Source of the DNA: Enterobacteria phage JenP1
Strand: one strand, 5' to 3'
Length of the DNA stretch: 60,754 nt
Sequence record: NC_029028.1
In this document: positions 38,124 through 46,349 of the stretch, piece by piece
Layout: each line of letters starts with the position of its first letter
Numbering within the stretch: the stretch's first letter is position 1
The notes under the pieces: model-generated
Database searches by the model: none
The model's input: the letters and a program-made list of their open reading frames with translations, nothing else
Told to the model about the DNA's origin: nothing
Translations under genes and position numbers: made by a program

Positions 38124-39074
38124 TTACTCACCGTAATAATCTGCTGCTTCGTATTGACCACATGCTGCCATCTGGTCTTCCTTCGTTAACACACCTTCGG
38201 TTCCATCGGTGATGTATGCAGTAGCAGAAGCTACTTTAATTGCACATCTCCAGGTTCCATCTTCAAGCGGATAAGAGTGCTTACAGGTGCGGCAGTTAAC
38301 TTCAGGCATCTTATTGTTGTGACATACCGCCTTGTGGTCACACCATTTGCATTTATAGTAAGACTTACTTTCATTGATCTTAGGTGGTGGGCATTCTGCC
38401 AGTGCAATTACAAATCCACGGTCTTTGTAGCGTTCTGCGGTTTCTTTATCAAACGGTACAAGCTCTGCCCAAATCTCGTCCGTGTTCTTGTTGACTGCAA
38501 TATAAAGAGCGGCTGGGAGTCCATAATACAACATGTATTCCTGCATCTGAACATAGTGTTCCCATTTGGATTCCATCACACCATTAACGACAAGTTTCTT
38601 GAATGAATCGTTATTGTGCGTTTTCATCTCCGTTAAGATTGGTGTAGAAGGTTGTGGCATGTCAGGGCAACCAATGACAATACCATCTATCGCGGAGCCA
38701 AAGTGCCCGTTGAGATAGCTAACTCGATACTGGCTGCCATTTTCGTCTTGTTGGATGACTTGCATACCGGCGGTAAGTAGTAAGGCCACGAAGCGACCTT
38801 CTTCAAGATGCCCGCGATTGAATAGACGTAAGGTTTTACCGTTAAAGTGTGGTTTAGTTGCCCATCGCCATCCGTAGAAGATTGCTCTACTACATTCTTG
38901 CCCGATAAGACTAATCCCAAGATGCGAACGGAATCCGCCATCTCCCTCTCGATATGCGTCTTCAATATGCGGTAATACTTTTCCGAGCCATACTCTGTAA
39001 GCGGATCCTTGATCTCGTTCAATACAGTCATTGAATAACTCCATTGTCCTAGTAGCAGGATAAAAATGTGGCAT
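38124..39074 (-). CDS. PD-(D/E)xK nuclease, RecB-family/Cas4-like with C-terminal Cys cluster (putative exonuclease)
   Basis: motifs AIDGIV, LTEMK, QMQEYMLYY (QxxxY) and multiple C-terminal cysteines. Confidence 0.5.
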   Translation of the reverse strand: MPHFYPATRTMELFNDCIERDQGSAYRVWLGKVLPHIEDAYREGDGGFRSHLGISLIGQECSRAIFYGWRWATKPHFNGKTLRLFNRGHLEEGRFVALLLTAGMQVIQQDENGSQYRVSYLNGHFGSAIDGIVIGCPDMPQPSTPILTEMKTHNNDSFKKLVVNGVMESKWEHYVQMQEYMLYYGLPAALYIAVNKNTDEIWAELVPFDKETAERYKDRGFVIALAECPPPKINESKSYYKCKWCDHKAVCHNNKMPEVNCRTCKHSYPLEDGTWRCAIKVASATAYITDGTEGVLTKEDQMAACGQYEAADYYGE

Positions 39075-39090
39075 ATCATAATCCTATATA

Positions 39091-39117
39091 GAAAAATAAA
39101 GCTCCCGAAGGAGCTTT
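39091..39117 (-). terminator. intrinsic terminator/attenuator
   Basis: minus strand hairpin AAAGCTCC-ttcg-GGAGCTTT followed by ATTTTTC. Confidence 0.5.
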
Positions 39118-39136
39118 ATTATAACATGATTTTTAA

Positions 39137-40084
39137 TTACTGTGCAGCGTCATCGCCTTCAGTGGAACGTTTCCACGGTGGAGTCTTGGTCTGAGCTGCT
39201 TTAGCGATATCGTCCTGGACTTCTGGTTCTGCATGGTTAGCAGTACCAGTATTCTGAGCTTGAGTTTGTGGTTGCTCTGCTCCAGGTTGTACCTGCTGAG
39301 TTGCCCAGTTAGGTTGCTGCTGAGTCTGCTGCTGCGGTTGCTGCGCACCAGTAGCCCACGGTTGAGATTGTGCCGCACTGTTAAAATCAACTGTTCCAGA
39401 CTGCTGAGGTTGCTGCTGTTGCTGTACCGGCTGCTGCGGCTGTTGTTGCTGTTGTTGCTGTTGTTGCTGCTGGAACCCCTGAGTCTGAGGTTGCTGCTGC
39501 TGTTGCTGCTGTTGCTGCGGCTGCTGCCCAAATGCGCCCGGGAAACCCTGCTGCGGTTGCTGCTGTGGCTGCTGAGTACCACCGAACGCACCGCCACCAA
39601 ATGCTGGAGACTGTGCTGCCGCTGCCGGAGTTGATTTAGGCAGGTTAGCCATGTCCGCCTTAGTTGCGTATACAACACCTTCCATATTATCAATTGCTTG
39701 ATAAATCTGAGGTTCGTTGTTTGGCTCATAGCCAGGTTGCTGACGAACTTTCACTTTCAGGTTGAACGGAATACCGTGCAGTTGTTCGGTATCGTTCCAA
39801 ACTGGAACTTTAACAGCACGAGACAGCTCTGCCAGTTCTTCCATTGCAATCTGTACAGCGACAGGGTTTGCGTTCTTGACGTTGTAACCGCCAAACATCA
39901 CACGACCAGCAAAATCACCCTGCATAATCTTAAACTGAAGATTCAGACGCGCACCGCCTGGAGTTTTAGTCGGTTTGATCTCAGAGTTTACAATCTGAAC
40001 AACATACCAACCAGCGGGCATCAAGCTATTGTGTTGACGCTCTGCGTGTTGTCCAGCGTTAAATTGCATTCCTAAACCGGCCAT
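39137..40084 (-). CDS. DUF669-like putative ssDNA-binding protein with long poly-Gln linker
   Basis: N-terminal WYVVQIVNSEIKPTKTPGGARLNLQFKIMQGDFAGRVMFGGYNV resembles DUF669 family; central ~60-residue Q-rich tract; adjacent to Sak4-like ATPase. Confidence 0.5.
   Translation of the reverse strand: MAGLGMQFNAGQHAERQHNSLMPAGWYVVQIVNSEIKPTKTPGGARLNLQFKIMQGDFAGRVMFGGYNVKNANPVAVQIAMEELAELSRAVKVPVWNDTEQLHGIPFNLKVKVRQQPGYEPNNEPQIYQAIDNMEGVVYATKADMANLPKSTPAAAAQSPAFGGGAFGGTQQPQQQPQQGFPGAFGQQPQQQQQQQQQPQTQGFQQQQQQQQQQQPQQPVQQQQQPQQSGTVDFNSAAQSQPWATGAQQPQQQTQQQPNWATQQVQPGAEQPQTQAQNTGTANHAEPEVQDDIAKAAQTKTPPWKRSTEGDDAAQ
39395..39600 (-). repeat. CAG/CAA trinucleotide-rich tract encoding poly-glutamine
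   Basis: runs of CTGCTG/TTGCTG on plus strand giving Q runs on minus strand. Confidence 0.8.
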
Positions 40085-40830
40085 TATTGTACCCCTTTGA
40101 TTTTGTTAATGATTGCACCGAGATGTGGATATTCCATCTGTTCTAACGAACCAGAACGATCTTTACATACATTTGACAGATCTGGTCTGGTCAGCAGATA
40201 ACGAAAATCTGCTTGAGTATTTTGGTCTTTACCAACACTAATTTTGAACACTTCGTCAAAAAAGTATGGTAGTTCTGGACCTAATTTTGCACCAGGCATA
40301 GAAGGACCGTAAGACGTAATACCTGTCAACTCATCCTTGTTACGGGACATTTTAGCTGCCATGTACACGTTAAGTCCAGGGATATCTCGAAAAGCGCGAA
40401 CTAAAGTTTGCATCTTCTCAATAAGATCCCCATAAGCCTGACGCGGATCTTTCACAGTACGCTTCGCATTGTTAAGGCACTTTTCAGCAATCTCAGTAAG
40501 TGAATCCAGCGCAAGAGACTGAAAGCGCGGTAAACCATCTTCACCTACAGGATTGTTTGCAGGGTTAGTCGCCCAAACATAAGCCTGCTCTACATCCTGG
40601 ATATTTTCAACCGTGATGGTTGGAATATCGTAGCAGATATCTGGTCTGTTTTCACCAAATACACGAGCAATGTTATTTGGTGTTAAAGATAAGAGCCCAG
40701 ACTCCGCAGAAATCAGCAACGGTCTTGGAAGAGTTGCTGTAAGCATGGTTTTACCCATACCAGATTCACCATACACAAGCATCTTGACACCAGTGTCCAG
40801 AACTGCTTGAGCGGTAGTTGTAAATTGCAT
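40084..40830 (-). CDS. Sak4-like RecA-fold ATPase (single-strand annealing/recombination)
   Basis: Walker A VYGESGMGKT near N-terminus, ~250 aa, next to DUF669 gene. Confidence 0.55.
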   Translation of the reverse strand: MQFTTTAQAVLDTGVKMLVYGESGMGKTMLTATLPRPLLISAESGLLSLTPNNIARVFGENRPDICYDIPTITVENIQDVEQAYVWATNPANNPVGEDGLPRFQSLALDSLTEIAEKCLNNAKRTVKDPRQAYGDLIEKMQTLVRAFRDIPGLNVYMAAKMSRNKDELTGITSYGPSMPGAKLGPELPYFFDEVFKISVGKDQNTQADFRYLLTRPDLSNVCKDRSGSLEQMEYPHLGAIINKIKGVQ

Positions 40831-40894
40831 AAGTTACCTCTTGTGTGGTTACGGCTGCAATACTAGGACCCAATTACCCTGAATGCAAACGTGA

Positions 40895-41839
40895 TTATTC
40901 ACTAATATCCGTTGGATCACGGAAACTTTGATGCGTAGGAATACGCAATTTGTCCTTCATACCGTGAGCAAAGAATTTCCATTTAGAAATCTTCCCAATA
41001 AATTCATCGGGATGCTCAAAGTAATATTTACGTTCTTCATGCGTAAGACGACCAGCACCTACACGCATTTCTTGTCCAACTTCAATAAGATCTTCAAGAC
41101 CTTCCGGTACTGTAAGAACGCGAACATCAAACGAACCAACCATACCATTCGGTATCATATTAGCTTGGTGGCTTGAACGATACGTCTGCCCTAATTCATT
41201 AATCTGCGCTTCATTCTCGTTGGTGCAACCTTCGATAATACGAATGATCTCACCTTCACCATCAGTAAAACGTTTAATGCGGAGATAACCGCCTTCACGC
41301 TGCGTACTACGACCCCATTTATATTTCGCTTCAAGGTCACGAATGATTACACCTTCGTACCCCATATCAAGCCAAATATTTTCCCACTCCAGGAGTTCTT
41401 GTTCGTTGTTGACCACATACAGCGGCACAACCTTCACGTCCATTAACTCGCCGTTAGCGTGGCATTCGTCCACGTACTTCTTGAGCATGTCATAACGCTC
41501 TTTGTACGGCAGATGTGCAACGTTTGGTTCGCACAAATCGAATACATGCCACGTCCAAACGTATTCACCTTCAATTTTAGATGTTGCACTACTTGTCTTA
41601 CGACATAAGTCAAAGTCCGTCTCTTCTCCAACGGCAAGCTCACCGTCCATGCCATCGTAAATGGAAGATCCAAATACCTTTGCGACCTGCTTATTTGCAA
41701 AAGATTTAAGACTTCGTCCAACAAGCTCCCCGAACGGTTTCATCCCACGAACTCCGTCAATTTTAGGCATGACGCCTACGGGGTATTTCTGTTTAGCTGA
41801 ATCCCAATCTGTTGCTAGATAAGGTTTAAATCGAGCCAT
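40895..41839 (-). CDS. ATP-dependent DNA ligase
   Basis: adenylation motif KIDGVRG near N-terminus, ~314 aa. Confidence 0.75.
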   Translation of the reverse strand: MARFKPYLATDWDSAKQKYPVGVMPKIDGVRGMKPFGELVGRSLKSFANKQVAKVFGSSIYDGMDGELAVGEETDFDLCRKTSSATSKIEGEYVWTWHVFDLCEPNVAHLPYKERYDMLKKYVDECHANGELMDVKVVPLYVVNNEQELLEWENIWLDMGYEGVIIRDLEAKYKWGRSTQREGGYLRIKRFTDGEGEIIRIIEGCTNENEAQINELGQTYRSSHQANMIPNGMVGSFDVRVLTVPEGLEDLIEVGQEMRVGAGRLTHEERKYYFEHPDEFIGKISKWKFFAHGMKDKLRIPTHQSFRDPTDISE

Positions 41840-42416
41840 TGAAATTTACCTTTGTGTGTTCCCGAACAAGAAGTTTTAACTTCCTAACCCAAGATTGCTG
41901 TTTCTCAATGTTAACTTTCTTCGGTTTAGGAATAACGGATTTTGCTGTATCTACTTTCAATTTATCGTAGTCCATGCGACGTCTACCTGTTCGCATGTGC
42001 ATACCCGCAATTTCATCGCACTTGTCTTGTGCAAGGCTACGGGAATCCATCCTACCTGAATGACCTTTAACATGACGGAACTGGAAACTAAGTCTATTCT
42101 CAACAATAGTATCCATGAACCATTTATAAATTTGTTGCTCTTCTCCTCTTGGTGGACGTTTACCTTCGAACATATGGATAGCTGCTTTGCAATCCGTCTG
42201 GAACAATATAACGTCGTTTGTGTAGATAAGTCCAGCCTCTATACCGTGATATAAACCGTTAGCTACTGCAATACATTCAACTACGGTATTATCCGTGTGA
42301 CCATGTGCAGGGCCACCAAAAGCCTTCTTACCCCGTTTGGAGGCTACCCAAATTCCATAGCCTCCACATTTAGTACGGTGACAGAACGACGCATCCGATA
42401 TTATCGTGATGAGCAT
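41826..42416 (-). CDS. ribonuclease H
   Basis: ISDASF...GGYGI and FRHVKGHSG...DKCDEIA resemble RNase HI catalytic motifs. Confidence 0.65.
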   Translation of the reverse strand: MLITIISDASFCHRTKCGGYGIWVASKRGKKAFGGPAHGHTDNTVVECIAVANGLYHGIEAGLIYTNDVILFQTDCKAAIHMFEGKRPPRGEEQQIYKWFMDTIVENRLSFQFRHVKGHSGRMDSRSLAQDKCDEIAGMHMRTGRRRMDYDKLKVDTAKSVIPKPKKVNIEKQQSWVRKLKLLVREHTKVNFNGSI

Positions 42417-42842
42417 TCAACCCTTCTTAACAGCGATCTTAACCTGTGGAGAACCTGGAGTTGTGGTCACGCATTCGTCAAAGATCGCCAACTGTTCAGC
42501 TGTGAGCTTACGATATGCAGCCACACGGAGTTCTACTTTAGTTTCAGTAACTTCGTTGACATCCACACCAGCTTCAATAAGATCTGGTAAGATCTGACTA
42601 AAGATCGCCTTATCAACTTTACGCGTATAAGGTTGAGTAACAACAAGATCGTCACCTGTATCAAGTTTGATCTTATTAGTGTTTTCGTTAAGACCATCAG
42701 GAAAGAACACGCTAACCACACTTTGACGCAGTGCGCGTTCTTGCGCTTGCACTTTGGCTAATTCTTCTTTCTTAGAATACCAGTTATAAAGAAGTTCGTA
42801 TTTCTGCTCTTCAGTTAAGTTCATTTCTGGTAACTGGACCAT
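42417..42842 (-). CDS. hypothetical protein
   Basis: 141 aa ORF, no motif recognised. Confidence 0.4.
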   Translation of the reverse strand: MVQLPEMNLTEEQKYELLYNWYSKKEELAKVQAQERALRQSVVSVFFPDGLNENTNKIKLDTGDDLVVTQPYTRKVDKAIFSQILPDLIEAGVDVNEVTETKVELRVAAYRKLTAEQLAIFDECVTTTPGSPQVKIAVKKG

Positions 42843-42917
42843 GTTATTGCCCTCGTTGTTTGCTAATAGGGGTATAATACTTAGAATTAAATTCCTTGTA
42901 AATACCCCTAAATATGA

Positions 42918-43460
42918 TTACAACTTACCAGTAGAACCAAAACCCCCGCGGCCTGTTTCTTCTACAATACCAGAAACAATACGCGTACGAACCAACTCCA
43001 CAAGACGTGCCTGTGCAATACGTTCGCCAACCTGAACTGTGTAAGGTGCATAAGAGTCGTTGTGCAGACGTATTTTTAACTCATCTCGGTAATCGTGATC
43101 AATGATACCTGTACAGTTACCTAAACGAATCCCGTGTTTAAACCCATGACCGCTACGTGAATAGACTTCCATACCGTAACCATGAGGGATCTGCAGCTTA
43201 ATACCCGTGTTGAACGTGTACGCACGACCAGCATAGATTGTCACAGGTTCAGGTTCATCTGCGTAGATGTCGAAGCACATAGAACCAGGAGTAGCAAATC
43301 GTGGCATTTGAGCAGTGTCAGTAAGAAGCTCCACAATTAGCTGTTCCACAGTAATACCTTTCACAGCACCGTCTTCGACTACAATAGTACCTTTGACAGT
43401 TGCATCTTTAATAACATTAGACATATCGTCTTTCTTATTCATGTTTTTCACTCTCTTCAT
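42918..43460 (-). CDS. dut: dUTP diphosphatase
   Basis: motifs YSRSGHGFKHGIRLGN, GIIDHDYRDE, GERIAQ, GRGGFGSTG; start codon uncertain (several in-frame ATGs). Confidence 0.8.
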   Translation of the reverse strand: MKRVKNMNKKDDMSNVIKDATVKGTIVVEDGAVKGITVEQLIVELLTDTAQMPRFATPGSMCFDIYADEPEPVTIYAGRAYTFNTGIKLQIPHGYGMEVYSRSGHGFKHGIRLGNCTGIIDHDYRDELKIRLHNDSYAPYTVQVGERIAQARLVELVRTRIVSGIVEETGRGGFGSTGKL

Positions 43461-43590
43461 TAGTTAGACGTTGTTCCCATTGTTGCTTTAACTGATAATA
43501 ACGATAAGCATCCTCACCAGTTTCAGCTTCCCGTTGCATACGTTCACACCATTGAACGGGACTTTCCTCACAACTCACTTCTTACACCTC

Positions 43591-44052
43591 CTAAGCGTGA
43601 CCATTCCTCTTGATATATTCATAGGCATGTGATTTAAAGATTATCCGAAAATCTTCCAGGGATATTTCACATCTCGGCGGATCTTCGGGGTGATGTTTCG
43701 CTTCATCAGCGAAAAGCATGATAGGATTCATATACAGGACTACGCGCCAGGGCTTTTTATTCTGACGGTACATAAGAACTGGAAACTTGTCTGCTTCTAA
43801 TGCACTCTTAACACACTGTGCCCACCATGTGTTAATTGATAACTGTTCCTGGCGTTTAACTTCCACCGCATAGAAACAGGTATTTGTGATATCGCAACCA
43901 CCTACGGCACTCTGATTCTGGTTACGCTGCGCTATGGGCTTTTCTGGATAAGTCATTCCAAGAGCGGCGTAAATTTCTTCGTAGATATCATTAAAGAATT
44001 TACAAATCTCACGCTCGCCTGTCTGACCTTTAGTACGAGGATTAGCTCCCAT
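43591..44052 (-). CDS. putative PD-(D/E)xK-type endonuclease (resolvase-like), weak
   Basis: GGAG RBS before ATG 44052; acidic residues GCDIT...AVEVKRQE compatible with D...ExK; terminator hairpin immediately upstream. Confidence 0.3.
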   Translation of the reverse strand: MGANPRTKGQTGEREICKFFNDIYEEIYAALGMTYPEKPIAQRNQNQSAVGGCDITNTCFYAVEVKRQEQLSINTWWAQCVKSALEADKFPVLMYRQNKKPWRVVLYMNPIMLFADEAKHHPEDPPRCEISLEDFRIIFKSHAYEYIKRNGHA

Positions 44053-44071
44053 GTTATAAATCTCCATCTAA

Positions 44072-44100
44072 AAAATAGGGGGTACACAAGTACCCCCGAA
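44072..44100 (-). terminator. intrinsic terminator on minus strand
   Basis: minus strand GGGGGTAC-ttgt-GTACCCCC followed by TATTTTTT. Confidence 0.6.
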
Positions 44101-44238
44101 AGCGAAGCATATAATAGATAATAACATGTCAGCGAGAGACAGCCTTCGAAAAGGGGTAATCTACCAACCACTCTCGCAAATAATGTTAACCTGTTTACGT
44201 GTTTGATTACAATACACGAATTCGTCAGAATTCACAGG

Positions 44239-44514
44239 TCATACCGTACATTTTTGCCAATGGCCCATAGAAAATGACAGCGAAGTGCAAACAACTTCCA
44301 GCCCGTTATCATCACGTACCACAGGCAAAGCTAGGCCGCTACGGACATTGTGTACCGTGCGGTGAACTCTATACACAGAGTTATGCGTAAAGCGCCGCGT
44401 GTTCGCGTTTGTGCAGCGTAATAACGCTCCGATATGTACAAGTGGCGCAGGCATAGTAAAGCCAATCATCATGTCCTTTTCTTTCTTATTAGGCTGGCGT
44501 ACAGTTACATTCAT
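44239..44514 (-). CDS. hypothetical protein
   Basis: 91 aa; ATGA overlap with upstream small ORF. Confidence 0.4.
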   Translation of the reverse strand: MNVTVRQPNKKEKDMMIGFTMPAPLVHIGALLRCTNANTRRFTHNSVYRVHRTVHNVRSGLALPVVRDDNGLEVVCTSLSFSMGHWQKCTV

Positions 44515-44690
44515 TGTGTCGTCTCCTCATTTAAAGATTCCAGGCGCTCACCTAACAGAATGAGCGATTTAATTTGATGTGGCTTCTTGCCAAGATGTTC
44601 AGCAATGTGGTTATAAGTAAAACCTTTCTCCCGCATACGATAAGCAGTAATAGCGGCATTGCGATTGCGGATATCGGTTTTCTTACTCAT
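44511..44690 (-). CDS. small helix-turn-helix protein (not in ORF track, 59 aa)
   Basis: ATG 44690 to TGA 44511; MSKKTDIRNRNAAITAYRMREKGFTYNHIAEHLGKK... has HTH-like pattern. Confidence 0.4.
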   Translation of the reverse strand: MSKKTDIRNRNAAITAYRMREKGFTYNHIAEHLGKKPHQIKSLILLGERLESLNEETTQ

Positions 44691-44995
44691 GGTAAACTAA
44701 TTCTCCTTAATTTAGCTTCAATACGATTAATTAACATGGACATGCTACGATCTGCAATCATATGATGCGGTTCGTAGTAACCATATGCCCAATAGTTTAC
44801 CTCTTGCCCACAATGATTACAATTAATCTGTGACTCGCACACAGGCGAATAGTAACCATCAGCTTGAGCTACAACAGTCTCTGTAAACTCAGTGTGACCA
44901 CACTTTGGGCATCGTATACACTTCATTTCCTTGTCGTAGTTTGAGCGAAAAGTATAAGGCTTCCACCCCAACACCTTGTATATTTTACTAGGCAT
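44687..44995 (-). CDS. zinc-ribbon protein
   Basis: 102 aa with CIRCPKCGH and CNHCGQ Cys pairs. Confidence 0.45.
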   Translation of the reverse strand: MPSKIYKVLGWKPYTFRSNYDKEMKCIRCPKCGHTEFTETVVAQADGYYSPVCESQINCNHCGQEVNYWAYGYYEPHHMIADRSMSMLINRIEAKLRRISLP

Positions 44996-45219
44996 TAGTG
45001 TAGATTCTCTTTAGGTTGTTCTTCGCTCGTCATAAGACTTAACAAGACGCGGCACGTATTTGAGTTTCTCCAAGCTACCTCAATTTCATCTAACGAGGAT
45101 TCTGGTTTACATAAGCGATAGGCTTCCATGAAGGAATTCTGGGCTGCTTCAACGATTGCCAGAGACACCAACACTCTTTCGTCTATCATTGTCATCATTT
45201 CTTCACATTTATCACACAT
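44995..45219 (-). CDS. hypothetical protein
   Basis: 74 aa ORF in early array. Confidence 0.35.
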   Translation of the reverse strand: MCDKCEEMMTMIDERVLVSLAIVEAAQNSFMEAYRLCKPESSLDEIEVAWRNSNTCRVLLSLMTSEEQPKENLH

Positions 45220-45236
45220 ATTATTTCTCCAGTGTC

Positions 45237-45458
45237 TTAATCATCAATTAATGTGATATCATCCACAAAAAATAAGCTATCATTCTGGATACATTTACGT
45301 CGATTAATAATATCGTCGACATTGTAGTCCATCAAGGAAGGGTACTCGACCTCATCCTTCATACAAGGCCCATACACACTTAGACCTAACTCAGCCAAAT
45401 GCTGCATGAATCCTTCAAGAGATTTTTTAGTATAAATTGTCGTTTTTAATTTACCCAT
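45237..45458 (-). CDS. hypothetical protein
   Basis: 73 aa ORF in early array. Confidence 0.35.
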   Translation of the reverse strand: MGKLKTTIYTKKSLEGFMQHLAELGLSVYGPCMKDEVEYPSLMDYNVDDIINRRKCIQNDSLFFVDDITLIDD

Positions 45459-45494
45459 CGCCCACTCCTTAAATCTTTAATGACAAACTGGAAG

Positions 45495-45692
45495 TTAAAA
45501 GAACGTACCAGTAAGCACATACAGCACAGCGTCACGCAGTGTTGGTAACAAAGGTGAGCAGTTAGGAACGCTGTAGAATTTACGTGATCCCACTTTAACA
45601 CTCACTATTGTAATAGAACGTTTATTGCGCTCTACTGCGTAGAGACCACCACCAAGACGACGGACTTTATATAGAGGTTGATGCTTTTGCAT
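45495..45692 (-). CDS. hypothetical protein
   Basis: 65 aa ORF in early array. Confidence 0.35.
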   Translation of the reverse strand: MQKHQPLYKVRRLGGGLYAVERNKRSITIVSVKVGSRKFYSVPNCSPLLPTLRDAVLYVLTGTFF

Positions 45693-45709
45693 GTTTTAAC
45701 TCCTTTCGT

Positions 45710-45988
45710 TTATTTGCTAACACGTATGGCTCTACCTGTTAAGAAGGTGTATTCACAGTGCCGCATTAAGTCACGTTCTTCTATTACACTTCGTAACTGG
45801 CGTGACAGCGTTTCATAGTAAGGACGGGCCTCGTTCCTACTAATAGCTAAAGCATAGGCGAACAGTTGCTCCGAGTCAATACGATTAGACTTGATTCTTT
45901 TGATTGCTTGCTCAATTCCTGGGAACTCCTCATCCTGGTATAGAGCACCGTACACAATTTTAATAGCTGCTAGATTGTAACTGGACAT
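45710..45988 (-). CDS. hypothetical protein
   Basis: 92 aa ORF in early array. Confidence 0.35.
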   Translation of the reverse strand: MSSYNLAAIKIVYGALYQDEEFPGIEQAIKRIKSNRIDSEQLFAYALAISRNEARPYYETLSRQLRSVIEERDLMRHCEYTFLTGRAIRVSK

Positions 45989-46023
45989 TTGACCCTCGGA
46001 CGTAAAATAATTCTTGATACCTA

Positions 46024-46051
46024 TTGCATTCCTAAGGAAATGCTCTATAGT
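46024..46051 (+). promoter_or_regulatory. sigma70-like promoter (TTGCAT-16-TATAGT)
   Basis: near-consensus hexamers upstream of GGAGGAA RBS and ATG 46087. Confidence 0.45.
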
Positions 46052-46086
46052 ATGTATTATACAGTTTGTAAGCGGAGGAACACAAA

Positions 46087-46317
46087 ATGACTCACCAAGA
46101 TCTTATAAAAAGAAACATCAGAACTACAATGAACAAATCAGAGGAATTCTCACATAACTGTACCGATGGTACTCATAAAATTAGATATGAATATATGGGA
46201 TCCTCAACTGTGGTTACATTTGAGAAAGATGAGTATCACGTTGGAGATTTTTCAACACCAGATTACGACGAGATGTTTGAATACGTTGTATGTGGGTTCT
46301 TAAAATTGCACGAATAA
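46087..46317 (+). CDS. hypothetical protein, stand-alone transcription unit
   Basis: 76 aa; own promoter, strong RBS and terminator; opposite orientation to flanking genes. Confidence 0.5.
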   Translation: MTHQDLIKRNIRTTMNKSEEFSHNCTDGTHKIRYEYMGSSTVVTFEKDEYHVGDFSTPDYDEMFEYVVCGFLKLHE

Positions 46318-46321
46318 TATA

Positions 46322-46349
46322 ATGGGCGCATATAGCGCCCATTTTTTTT
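46322..46349 (+). terminator. intrinsic terminator
   Basis: stem ATGGGCGC / GCGCCCAT followed by TTTTTTTT. Confidence 0.65.

Noticed and set aside
39233-39634. Plus-strand 133-aa ORF rich in Leu/Arg
   Set aside because: It is the antisense reading of the CAG/CAA poly-Gln tract in the minus-strand DUF669-like gene; low-complexity artefact
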